Assembly: GCA_009859145.1 (NCBI GenBank)
Contig: VRVR01000052.1
Coordinates: forward strand, 159,943-223,942
Direction: 5' to 3'
Source of the DNA: Andalucia godoyi And28
Taxonomy: Eukaryota; Protista; Jakobida
DNA: 64,000 nt
A program made the position numbers and the translations under genes. The notes beneath the pieces are model-generated. The model was not told the origin of the DNA. It did not search any database and saw only the letters and a program-made list of their open reading frames with translations. Of this stretch, positions 20,087 through 30,525 are shown in pieces; within the stretch, counting starts at the first letter, position 1, and the number at the start of each line of letters is the position of its first letter.

Positions 20087-23000
20087 ATGGCGAGGGCGCC
20101 GATGATGTTGACGTGGATGGCGAGGATGGTGGTGCTTGGGTGGTGGTTGTGCGGTGCGGCAGCTGTTTCGGCATCGAATGTCACGTTTGGGCAGTTTAAT
20201 TTCAATCCAATGCAGTCTCTGACGTTGAACCAGCCTCCCGTCTCACAGTATGGATCGTGTGCAGCGGTCGATGACAATCTGATGATGATCACTGCGCCTC
20301 AGTGGAACATTGTGTTCATCTATGTTTTTACGGACGGCTGGGTGTACAACACACAGTTTTCGTTGGTACACTATGATATTCGGTCGGTGGGGTTCGGGGT
20401 TGCGTGTGGACTGCTTCGGGTTGCACCAGGTAAGTTCAACTTTGCGGTCTCGTCGTCGGACAGCAGTACTCTGATCTATGGTACGCTTATGCTTCCGGAT
20501 CCCAACGCAGAGGTAGTGCTGTCCGCAAACGTGCTCAACGTGACGGCGTTCCAGCCAAGCCAGACGTTCGGACATGGTTTGGACGTGGGCGCAACATCAC
20601 TTATTGTGACAGACCCTGACTTGGATCTTGCACTGTTTGTCAATCTCGTGAACAACGTCCAGTCGACCATCCCGTTGTCCAGCTCGCCATCGGAGTATTG
20701 CCAAGGCGGAAAGTCCATTTCGGGTGTCGAAGCTGTGAACTCTACGCTTCCGAGCGCGCGTTACGTTGCGCTTTCAGCACCTCTCTGTGGGAAAGCAGTC
20801 GTGATTGTGGCATTCAACTCCTCGACGGGCCTTGGCTGGACTCGGCTTCCCGACATCAACCTCGTTCACACTTCGGACCTACTGAGTCCTCTGTGTGTGT
20901 CTCGAGAGCTGAGTGTGGTGGTAATATCTCCAACCTTTCGGCTCGTCGATGTATACTCGTTTGATGCCGCTGCAAACGCGTTCCGTTTCGTCATCACGCG
21001 TGAGCAGGGAGCCACGGGATGCGCTGTGGCCGAAAATGCAGTGTACATCGTGAACAGCGGAATCGGACTTTCGGTATACTTTTCGAACGACTACGCCAAT
21101 ACTTCGATCTCGCAAGCTGCTCTGCTGCCGATCAGCATCTCAATCGGAAGCAAGTTTGGAAAGTCGGTTTCTGTCTCGAACCGGCCGTCGTTCATTAATG
21201 TCGTTTCAGGTGTTCCCGAGCAGGACCTCGCACTTGTGATTTCTGCCACGCATATTTTAGGAGGGCTGTTTTCGTCGTCGCAGATCGAACTTACCCCAAC
21301 GCCGTTCGCATTCGGTGTTGGCCTCGCCACGACTTACGACGGCAAAACCACGCAACTTGCTGTTTCAGAAGGGACAACAGGACATGTGTATCTCTATTCT
21401 TCCATTCTCGGATCACACTTGTTTTCCGGCTCCCCTGTATGCGAATTCTCCAATGTGGAGGTTCGTAGCTTTCGAAAGCAAATGGTGTTTGCGCACGGAG
21501 GAAGGCTTTTAGTCTTCGGAAGCCAAAAGAGTGTGGTGCTTGGCATCCCGCAGTTTGAAGTCATAGTCTTTGACCTCGGCGCCACGGCATCCGACTGTTC
21601 AAATGTCATTTTCCGACAGTCGTACCCTTCCTCCTTCTTCTACGGAAGCGCCGTTGACGCAAATGGACCACGGCTCATCGCTGCCGCATATGACCAGGCT
21701 GCCGTGCTTCTCTACAAGATCGATGACGCTAGCGGAACGCCTTCCGTGCGGCAGATCTGCAACATTTCCAACACCGACCGCTGCATTATCAGCTCCAGTA
21801 TGTCGCTCGGGGTGGTCGCCATTTCCAGTTCAGGTTACGCATTTCTTGCTTGCGACGGCAAGAGCATCAAAGTCGTCGATGTGCTTGGCGGTGGTGGTGG
21901 TGGTGGCGGCAACGGCAACGACGACGGCAGTTGGTGCAGTGCAACGCCGACGACGACGACGACAACAACAACGACGACGACGTTCCGACATTCGTATTCC
22001 GAGTTTTATCCCATTAATTTTGTGTTGACTTCGTCGTCGTTTGTTGTGGCAGAGATTTCGATTTCGCGCATCGTTGCGTACCACAAGCATTTCAATGGCA
22101 GTGCATTTACATGGTCGCAGGAGCCACAGGTTTTGCTGAGCAACGCCAACGACGCCCTCATCCCGCAGAATGTCGGTTCCTGGATGCAGATCACCGATTT
22201 TGTGTTGACCATTGGTTCGTATGATGCTTCACGGGCCTATGTGTACTTTTTAGAACAGTTCATCGACCCCGAGACGGGCTACGTCTCGACCACATGGGTC
22301 CTTTCCTCGTATTCCCAACAGCAAATCGAAGGATGGGGTCGCGGATTGGCGCTGGTGAATGGAGGAATTGTTGTCAGTGCTCCGTCGCAGAATGTGGTGT
22401 ACATCAGCGGCCTTGTTTGTCCTCCAGGCTTTGAGTCCAGCAGCATGTTTTGCACAAAATGCGCGCCTGGATTTGTGAACCCGTCTTACTCGGCTGCTCC
22501 CTGCGCGCAGTGCCTTGCTGGGTACTTTTCCTTCAACGGAACGACGTGCAATCCTTGTCCAACCGGCTACTTCTCGCACACCGGGTCAGAGTCATGCACA
22601 GCGTGTCCCCCAGGGACGTTTTCGAGCGGGCTTGCAGCGCCGGCGTGTTCCGTATGCTCGTCTGGATCATACTCATCAAACTCGGGTTCGATTTCATGCA
22701 ACGCATGCCCCCAGGGCTACAAGAACCGACAGCCTGGTCTCACAAGCCAAGAATCCTGTCGATCACCGGACATGGCGTTCATCTCCAAGGCCCAGACAAT
22801 CGTCAGCGTCGGCTCGGTTCTGCTGTTGCTTTTTCTTCTGTTGTTTGCAGTTTCCATCGGTCCGTTCATCGCCCTGACGCTCATGCACAGGTCCGCTCGC
22901 AAGAATGTGAAGATCGCCGAGGAATGCATTGAAGAGGCATTCCAGTTTGTCAATCCGACTGCCGATCCATCACCAAGTGCCGAGATGTCTGCGTTTGGGC

Positions 23001-23443
23001 GCGATCCACTGCGTCCACTGCTGGCCGATGGGACGGATCCGGTGAGCGAGTCTGTAGACGACGCATCGCTCGGATCCCTGCTGACACGCGCTATCATCCC
23101 GGGTGTCGACGCCTCCAGCTTCGGCGCAGGCTCCGAGTACTTTGAGTCTGCATGCGCCCAGTTTCTGACCGACGACATGAAGCATTCTCTGCGTCGGGTG
23201 CTGACGACGATGCAGCGCGCCGACACGAAGAACTCTCCCCAAGTCGAAAAGGCACTCGACATCATCCGCACGTCAGTTCGTGAAGGAGTCATTGCCCGAG
23301 CGAAGCTGGACCTTCGGTTTCGCATCATGGGCAAACACCGCATCCGATACATTCTCTTGTATCTCACGCTCCTTGCTTGTGTCGGCACCTGCATTCTTCT
23401 CATCGCGTACTACCAAACCGCAATCGATCGCGAACTGAACTAG
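20087..23443 (+). CDS. Cell-surface protein: signal peptide, FG-GAP-like propeller repeats, Cys-rich GCC2/GCC3 (ephrin-receptor-like) repeats, two TM segments
   Basis: Repeats FGHGLDV, FGKSVSV, FGVGLA, YGSAVDA and WGRGLA; CPxGxF/Y repeats; hydrophobic segments near the C-terminus. The start is inferred from the signal peptide; the ORF is open from 19721. Confidence 0.75.
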   Translation: MARAPMMLTWMARMVVLGWWLCGAAAVSASNVTFGQFNFNPMQSLTLNQPPVSQYGSCAAVDDNLMMITAPQWNIVFIYVFTDGWVYNTQFSLVHYDIRSVGFGVACGLLRVAPGKFNFAVSSSDSSTLIYGTLMLPDPNAEVVLSANVLNVTAFQPSQTFGHGLDVGATSLIVTDPDLDLALFVNLVNNVQSTIPLSSSPSEYCQGGKSISGVEAVNSTLPSARYVALSAPLCGKAVVIVAFNSSTGLGWTRLPDINLVHTSDLLSPLCVSRELSVVVISPTFRLVDVYSFDAAANAFRFVITREQGATGCAVAENAVYIVNSGIGLSVYFSNDYANTSISQAALLPISISIGSKFGKSVSVSNRPSFINVVSGVPEQDLALVISATHILGGLFSSSQIELTPTPFAFGVGLATTYDGKTTQLAVSEGTTGHVYLYSSILGSHLFSGSPVCEFSNVEVRSFRKQMVFAHGGRLLVFGSQKSVVLGIPQFEVIVFDLGATASDCSNVIFRQSYPSSFFYGSAVDANGPRLIAAAYDQAAVLLYKIDDASGTPSVRQICNISNTDRCIISSSMSLGVVAISSSGYAFLACDGKSIKVVDVLGGGGGGGGNGNDDGSWCSATPTTTTTTTTTTTFRHSYSEFYPINFVLTSSSFVVAEISISRIVAYHKHFNGSAFTWSQEPQVLLSNANDALIPQNVGSWMQITDFVLTIGSYDASRAYVYFLEQFIDPETGYVSTTWVLSSYSQQQIEGWGRGLALVNGGIVVSAPSQNVVYISGLVCPPGFESSSMFCTKCAPGFVNPSYSAAPCAQCLAGYFSFNGTTCNPCPTGYFSHTGSESCTACPPGTFSSGLAAPACSVCSSGSYSSNSGSISCNACPQGYKNRQPGLTSQESCRSPDMAFISKAQTIVSVGSVLLLLFLLLFAVSIGPFIALTLMHRSARKNVKIAEECIEEAFQFVNPTADPSPSAEMSAFGRDPLRPLLADGTDPVSESVDDASLGSLLTRAIIPGVDASSFGAGSEYFESACAQFLTDDMKHSLRRVLTTMQRADTKNSPQVEKALDIIRTSVREGVIARAKLDLRFRIMGKHRIRYILLYLTLLACVGTCILLIAYYQTAIDRELN

Positions 23444-23601
23444 CAGTACTCACTGGTCACATCCATCCATTCACGATCGAACAAGGTGGCTTACTTTTTT
23501 ATTACTCAGTATGCGTGCTTGCTTCCTGCAGGCTTGTCGACTCTAGGGTCTAGAGTGCAGAGTGCAGATCATGTCTCACCACCTCGGTTCCTCTTGCCGC
23601 C

Positions 23602-24222
23602 CTAGTTGTTCACGCGGAAGATGGCGGGTGCACAGCCAAAGTACGAGGAGAAGTCCGCGTAGGAAGCAGACCAGCAGAAGCATCTCTGCGACGAGGAGTT
23701 CGAGTCGATCGTTCCGCAGCCGTCCGAAGCGCAGATTCCAATGTGTGCTTCATTGCACGCGACCGCAAGGTCTCCTGCAACTGCATTACGCGGGTCGATC
23801 GCAGATCCTCGGCCGCCCTTCAGTGCATCCACAACAGACGGCACATAGTCCGGGTTCGAGCCGAGCTTGCGGATTCCAGCATTCGTCAAAATGTTATTCA
23901 CTGTCCCAAACCGAAAACCCACAGCCATTAGCATCTCGTTCATTCATTCATCATGAAACCCTTGAACATTCCATTAAACTTTAAAAAGAAGAAGTAAACC
24001 ACAAAAGAGAAGAGGAGAGAAGAGGAGAGAAGAGAAAAGAGAGAGAAAGAGAGAGAACGTCATACCTGCCCATGCACAGGCCTCCACACCACCATCAGGA
24101 CCATCTGCAGTCGAGTGTCCCCAGTACGCATGCATGGCCGAGTCAATGGCCGACGGAATCGACGCCTGGACGCCAGACACCACAATCAGCGCAACAACCA
24201 ACGCACACAAAACCACGCGCAT
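23602..24222 (-). CDS. Secreted NlpC/P60 (papain-like) amidase, 2 exons, 151 aa
   Basis: Exon 24222-24066 and exon 23900-23602 (intron GTATG...CAG) give MRVVLCALVVALIVVSGVQA...GPDGGVEACAWAVNNIL...GSNPDYVPSV...GDLAV...HIGI...SNSSS, a Cys/His dyad in NlpC/P60 order. Confidence 0.75.
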
Positions 24223-24340
24223 TTCTTCTTTTCCTTCTCTCTGCAAGTAGTACCTTTTTTATGTTAAAATACAACAAACCAAAACAAAACAAAATAAAGA
24301 AGACAGAAAAGAGAAAAATCAGAACCAAGAAGCTTTCGGG

Positions 24341-24482
24341 ATTGTGGATGTTTTACGTTCACAAGCCAATTGTGCGGAGATGCGGAGGACGTTTCTGTTC
24401 GGGGGTTTTGTTCACGATGCCCATTATTCCAATGCACGTCGGACGTTTACTGAGGTTTTCATGCAGATTTTATTATTGCGGT
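24341..24482 (+). mobile_element. Weak, decayed Fanzor RuvC-II/zinc-finger relic
   Basis: With frameshifts reads IVD..TSQLCG(R)CG...GG..F-RCP...ILLR, resembling EAYTSKTCGxCG...GGSKVFRCP...RNILL. Confidence 0.35.
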
Positions 24483-24933
24483 CGGGAACTCCGAAAGGAA
24501 GGCTTTTCTTTTTTTGGAAGATTTGACGGTGGGTTGATGGGTCATGCGGTGAAAAAGGCAGGCAGCAAAAGTCCGACGAACCCCAGATCATACCGGTAAT
24601 AAAAACAGCCTGCTGTAGAAGGACTACAGCAGTTCTCCGGGTCGTCGTGTCCCGATAACTGTGATCCTCAACTGTGGTGCGCGAGTCCTTTCGCCAAATG
24701 GTTTCGTATGATAAGCGCATGGTGCAGAGCAATCTATTGTTGCTATGACAGCACATCGGCCACGGGTGTCTGTGTGTGTGTGTGTGTTTGTTTGTGTGTG
24801 TGTGTGTGATAGACAGATAGACAGATAGATAGAGAGATAGATAGGTCTCCAGTTTCAATCGTTCATTCGATTTTTCTTATAGACCAGGTTTTCTTTTGGG
24901 AGAAGCGCGTACGGCAGGTGAGAAAGAGAGAGA

Positions 24934-26730
24934 ATGCAGAGCGCGCAACGGCTGGCTCGCGGATTGTTTACGAGCTTGCGACGATTTGGGAATTATTCAG
25001 ATATGGAAGCTCGGATTTCAAAGGCTGTGGCGGACGCAAAAAGCATCGGGGTGCTTCCTTCTCAGCAGCCAAAGCTGCCTGCATTGCGGCTGGAATGGGC
25101 AACGCTTGCTGCCGAGATTGAGAAGCAGGTCGCCGCTTCCTCTTCCTCCTCCTCCTCCTCCTCCTCCTCCTCCTCCTCCTCTTTGGCGACGGCAGCTACG
25201 AGTGCGGGTGGGATCGATGGGAAGATGAGGTCCAGGATGCACTTGGCGGTTGTGTATCGGCATGGGCTGGGGGTTGAGCAGTCGTATGAGAACGCCGAGC
25301 GCACACTGCTGCAGCTTCTTTCGTCGGAGCAGGGTGTCGCGGAAAGCACTACTTCCTCTGCTGCAGAGTCCTTTGCAGAGGTGTATTTCTCGCTGGGATC
25401 GCTGTATCTTGCCATGTCGTCGCAAATTCGCAACGACTGGGAGGCGTTTGTGCAGCAGTCGGTGTTGGCCACCATCGATGCATACCGAAGGAACCGTCAG
25501 CACAGGGGCGCACAGGATAGCCGACTGCCTCCGCAGATAGAAGAAGAGGAAGAAGAGGGAGCAAAGGGAAGGGGAGACGCCGAAAGTTCCGGCAAGGAGG
25601 GGTATGTGAGCGTACCTTCTGCGAGTGAGCCGGCGTTCTCGGCAATGGAGAGCACAGAATGGGGCGAGCTTTTCAGAAAACGAGATCTCGTGTCTGCAGA
25701 AGTTCAGGCGATCTTGCGAGAAAACAGGCAGCAAAAGAAGCGGAATTCAGCCGACAGAGTCTCTGCGTTGAAGTCGGCAGAATCTAGCTTTTCCAGCGAG
25801 TTTAGCGAGCGGTATTCGAAAGCAAAGAGGCAGGCAGCGTTCATGCTCTTGGAGGCCGTGAACCGCGGTTCGGCGGCCGCGTGCATTTTACTCACAGAGC
25901 TCTTTCCGTCGCAGCGCTACCGATTCTTGGACATGGCTGCCTCTGCGGAATACGGATACTATCCACCCGCGGTCTATGAACTGCTGAGCCCGCTCATGAC
26001 GGACGAAGCCGCTTCGGTGGCCGATTCCGAAAAGTCGCTGCTGCTCCAAGCCATTTCGCATCATCCGTCCAATGGCGATCTGCTTTTCCTGCTTTCGTTT
26101 GTCTGTCTTTCGTCCAAGACAACTCTATCCATTCATGAAATGCAGTCCATCTCGCCGACCATTGCAAAGGACTGCGCAGCGCACAGCAGCAGCGACGCCG
26201 ACGCCGTTGTTCGAGAGTTTGGTTTTGCAGTGCTGAAACACTGCGCCTCCGTTCTTGGGCACGGCCAAGCACAGTGGCTGTTATCGCGGTATCTGTTCGC
26301 AGGAAACCTGTGTACCGCCGATGAAAAGGAGTCGTGGACGTATCTTTTACGCGCTGCGGACCAAGGATACCCCGATGCGCTGTTGGAGGCCGCGCAAGCA
26401 TTGTATCACGGAACCGGCGGTGGCGGTGTCGTCCGTCGTGATGTTGATGCTGCGTACGAGTACTTTGAAAAGGCTGCATACGTGTGCGGGATTGGCGAAG
26501 CGTTCTGCGCGCTCGCCGTGATCCACTACAAGGCGGAAAGCCTGCGGTATGCGCCAAGCCCCGATTTTCGCAAGGCGTTTCATCTCTACGAACGAGCATC
26601 GGAACTCGATTGCCCGCTTGCGTGGACCGCACTTGCAGACATGTATGCACAAGGCCGAGGCGTCGCGCAGGATCAAAAACTAGCAGCCTACTTTGCAAAA
26701 CTCGCCCACGACCATTCCATGTACGCCTGA
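24934..26730 (+). CDS. Sel1-like repeat protein, probable mitochondrial presequence
   Basis: AADQGYPDALL, AYEYFEKAA, AFHLYERAS and ALADMYAQGRGVAQD repeats; Arg-rich, acid-free N-terminus. Confidence 0.85.
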   Translation: MQSAQRLARGLFTSLRRFGNYSDMEARISKAVADAKSIGVLPSQQPKLPALRLEWATLAAEIEKQVAASSSSSSSSSSSSSSSLATAATSAGGIDGKMRSRMHLAVVYRHGLGVEQSYENAERTLLQLLSSEQGVAESTTSSAAESFAEVYFSLGSLYLAMSSQIRNDWEAFVQQSVLATIDAYRRNRQHRGAQDSRLPPQIEEEEEEGAKGRGDAESSGKEGYVSVPSASEPAFSAMESTEWGELFRKRDLVSAEVQAILRENRQQKKRNSADRVSALKSAESSFSSEFSERYSKAKRQAAFMLLEAVNRGSAAACILLTELFPSQRYRFLDMAASAEYGYYPPAVYELLSPLMTDEAASVADSEKSLLLQAISHHPSNGDLLFLLSFVCLSSKTTLSIHEMQSISPTIAKDCAAHSSSDADAVVREFGFAVLKHCASVLGHGQAQWLLSRYLFAGNLCTADEKESWTYLLRAADQGYPDALLEAAQALYHGTGGGGVVRRDVDAAYEYFEKAAYVCGIGEAFCALAVIHYKAESLRYAPSPDFRKAFHLYERASELDCPLAWTALADMYAQGRGVAQDQKLAAYFAKLAHDHSMYA

Positions 26731-26760
26731 ACCCTGAACCCTGAACCCTGAACCCTGAAA
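26726..26760. repeat. Telomere-like heptamer (CCCTGAA/TTCAGGG) x5
   Basis: CCTGAAC repeated five times, overlapping the Sel1 gene stop codon. Confidence 0.85.
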
Positions 26761-27077
26761 CCTCATCTGCCACCTCCCACACCCCCTCCAGGATAAAGCG
26801 CTTGTAAGAATGATTGTTGTCGTACCCACTGCTCTTGTCGGTTATTGCACTCACTCTCCGCTGTTCAATCTTCTCTACTTTTTTTTTGTCACTTCTGCTG
26901 CTTCACCTGCCGTAAAGGGCACCGATACTGTAGTCCGCACAGGGTTGTTTTGTCGTGTTTTCCAGATGCTTCGTGTTGTATAGATTTATTTTGCTATTAG
27001 GCTTATGAACTGCAAAGCCCAGCAGACGTTCGCGGAGACCATACACCAAGCCTAGCTCATTGCCATCCAAGGAAATA

Positions 27078-27531
27078 ATGTCTCTCAAGTATGTTTCTTT
27101 TGCTCTTTTCCCCCTCCTTCTTCTTCATCGCTCGGCCAACGTTAATAATGCTGATTCTAATTTGTTATGGTTTCCGTTTTGTTCCTGCTTGGTTTGTCAC
27201 TTGTCTTCTGTATAGACGTGGTCGACCCGAGTCTCCCGAGCCGAGCAGTACGGCCGCCTCCGCAGAGCACGAAGGACCGCTTTCGGTGCTGGTGGAGAGC
27301 GTCAAGAGCCAGGCCCCGGTTCTCGTGTCGTGTCGCAACAACAAGAAGCTGCTGGGGCGACTACGAGCGTTTGACCGACATTTCAACATGGTTTTGGAAG
27401 ACGTGCGAGAGATTTGGACTGAGCCGCCAAAGAAGAAGGGCGCAAAGGGGGTCCATCGAGACCGGTTTCTCGCCAAGCTTTTCCTCCGAGGCGACTCGGT
27501 GATCCTCGTCCTCCCGAATCCTGCCGGTTGA
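27078..27531 (+). CDS. SNRPD2: Small nuclear ribonucleoprotein Sm D2, 2 exons
   Basis: Exon 27078-27088 plus 27216-27531; GPLSVL...[13 protein letters not shown]...[10 protein letters not shown]...LFLRGDSVI. Confidence 0.95.
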
Positions 27532-27733
27532 TTTGCAGGTATCATGGGGTATTGGCATGGTTGGTGTTTTTTGTTTTGTCGCCCAACCTTTGCACTGTAA
27601 AGAAGAGCAAAAAACGGACGACAAGGCATGGATGTTTTTTCCCTTTTTACTCACTCACCGGGTACTTTTATCTATGACAGGATTGCTTCCCAGAGGCAGG
27701 GGGAACAGTTTGTGGTTTACTTTCTTCCATTCA

Positions 27734-28201
27734 TTATTTGAGCGGCTTGATGAGCTCGACCTTGAGACCGGGGGGAAGGGCCTGGCGGATCTTCTCGACC
27801 TTCTTCTTATCGGGGCATGCAAACGTGTAGAGGTAGTCAGCGGCGCGGACCTTCAGCTTGAAGATCCCAGTCGACTTGTTCTTCTTGATCTTGATCACTA
27901 CAAACATAGCACCACAAACAAAAACACACACACACACACACACACACACCAAAAAGGATAATATGCGCACATATACAAGGTTAGAAATGGTCATGGACTG
28001 GAAAAAAGAAGCAGAACATTGGGGACTAAACATACGCTTCGAAGAAGACTTGCGGGCGATGGTCAGAAACTCGCGGATGTCCTTGATTTCCTTGGGCTAC
28101 AAAGGACACGTGTGGAAAGAAACGACAAGAGCATTGGGAAATATAAGTACAAATTTCGCTAAGACATTCGACAGACGAATCGGCAGGGGAGTACATACCA
28201 T
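27734..28201 (-). CDS. RPL38: 60S ribosomal protein L38, 3 exons
   Basis: ATG exon (28201-28199), 28096-28036 (PKEIKDIREFL) and 27897-27734 (KLKVR...YLYT...KIRQALPPGL). Confidence 0.93.
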
Positions 28202-28671
28202 TGTGACGACGACGGGACGAATAATCAAGCAAAAGCACCAAAGAAAGGGGAAAAGAAAGGAAACGGAAAGAGGGAAAAAGAGAAAAAGGCAAAAAGAGGA
28301 AAGGGACGAGAGAGGCCGAAAGGGAAAAATCGGATGACTAATGGGCAGTTGTTAGAGCTTAATGGGCCAACGCGACTAGGGTTACGGACGACGTCAGTAG
28401 GGTTTTTCGTTGTTTCCCCCCCTTGTTCAATGCATTTTTTGTTGTTGGGATGACTGGTCAGAGTGACATGACATCTCTTTTTTTTTTCTAGGAAAAAAAA
28501 AGGAGGGTGATTTTGTGATTGAGTCAAGTGATGCTGGATCGAATCGTTGGCAAAGAAGAGCCGTTTCTTTTCTTTTTCCCCTTTTCCTAAGCTCGATTTC
28601 ACCGAAAAGCCATCAGTTCAGCAGTTTCGTATGCAGAAAGCACGATTTCCGGGTGTTTTTCGTTGCTGAAA

Positions 28672-29865
28672 ATGGAGTCCCAGCTGAGCACGTATCTCGA
28701 CCCACGTGCAAATGCTGCGGTCTGTGAGCACCTGAGTTCTTTGGACCCGACAATCGCAGAGATTTGTGCAAAGGCAGTGTCGAAAATCGTTGCATTTCAT
28801 GAACCAACGCTCCTGGAATTGTCTCGAGAACAATATCAAGCCTACACAGACACTGGGAAACGTATGAATCGAGTCTCTACGCATCCGAGAAAAGTATCAT
28901 TCGAGCCACTAACCTATTCTTCCCCTCCGTTGATGTGTGCGCGTGCTTAGGTCTTATTGGAACTCCGGGAATTTGGAAGTATCGATATTGTCTTCGGCTA
29001 GGGTATGTGATTACTGGTCTTTTTGTTTTATCTGTACAGTACATTGTTCTGTTGTTCCGAATCGAAATGCCTAATTGTTCTTTGGGAAACGATGGATGTG
29101 TGCTATGTGCTGTGTGCTGCATCCTGCTAAATTTATGATGCGAGTTGCAGTGCGTGTTTCAGCAGATTGGATGCAGAAGGGAAAAAACAGCTTTCGGTTC
29201 TGGCCCAGTTCCTGCTGCATGCGTGTCGAAGCCTGCCGAGTGCAAGTTGTCGACCGACGTCGTCGTATCGCGAATCGATCGGTGCAGATCACACACCGTC
29301 CGATGGTGCATCACCATCGCTGCGTGGAGAAGAGGGGAAACCGAGTTTACTGTCACTTTCCTTGGACTCTCCGCGGCCCAGTACTCTTCACAGCGACTCC
29401 CATCCTGCCGGCGACAACAGTGCAGATCGACTGTCGGAAGCAAGCTCATGCTCCTTCTCCGAGTACCGCAGATCGTTTCATTCCAACGGGTGGACGCCGC
29501 GGACTGAAAGCATAAAGTGTGCGCCGTGGATGCGGAGTTCATCGAGTCCATTTGCTTCGGATGGACTGACAGAAAAATTGCGATTCAACATTGAACTTTC
29601 TGGCCTTTCCTGTTCAAAAGGACTCGGCCCCACTGCTGGGTCTGGGTCTGGGTCTGGCCGCCGATCGGACTACCGATCCTTCTCCAAAGAGGAGCTTGCG
29701 TTTTCACGGACTTCGCTAACCCCTCGGAAGTCCGCCGGGATCGACAGAAGCCCGTTCTCTGCTTCCCCGCGCTTCTACGCGGTGCGATCGTCGTATGGAG
29801 ACGCGTTTACTCCGCCCCGACGCATGGCCGTGCACCGAGTCACGTCCGCAAAACATACTCATTAG
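28672..29865 (+). CDS. Uncharacterised multi-exon protein with Ser-rich C-terminus
   Basis: ATG 28672 (MESQLSTYLDP), apparent GT-AG introns, and final ORF 29167-29865. Exon structure not fully resolved. Confidence 0.5.
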
Positions 29866-30128
29866 TCTCTCTCCATTTTCCTTATGCACCACGCGCCTGC
29901 CGGTTTTGCATTCATGCACCGTTCAGCAACATAAAATACCAGGTGAAATGTATGTCCCACCCACCCATTCTTGTCAGGCTTTCCTCCTCCTCATCATCAT
30001 CTTCTTTTTGCCCGAAACTCTGGCATGACGCCACCCAATCAGACCATTTCGTGTCAATACGCAGGGACGTGGGCTTTGGGATCCGTCATTCATGAAGTCA
30101 TTGTACCTTATGGTAAACTGCACATTGT

Positions 30129-30425
30129 GCTCGCCAGTACATGAATCATTGTGGACCATCGGCTACGCTGTCACCGAAGACAGATCCAAGCCACATGTGT
30201 TTTGTTTATTATTTTTTTATCTTTAATTTGGGGCAGGCACCACCTCTTCAATGCAGATTGCTTTACACGAAAGGGTCATCGCGCAACCAACATATTCCTG
30301 AATCGATTCAACATCCGTGATAGACTCGACTACGGTACGAACATCGCGTCCCCATAGAGTTAGGTAATCAACAGACATGCGGTCAGATGTTGTTTGTCTG
30401 ATGTTCAATGTTGATGCACAAAACG
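30129..30425. repeat. Copy 1 of unidentified dispersed repeat R (no Fanzor element attached)
   Basis: GCTCGCCAGTACATGAATCATT..., TTCAA.GCAGATTGCTTTA and AACATCGCG.CCCATAG.GTTAG are shared with 31627-31965 and/or 51175-51596. Confidence 0.9.
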
Positions 30426-30525
30426 GTCAACTGTCCGAAAATAACGAAAAGAATCCTGCGAGTTTGGTACGTAGCAGTCGTTCTGTGGATTGTCAGTAGG
30501 GTTGGTAAGGATTAAGCAGCAAGGA

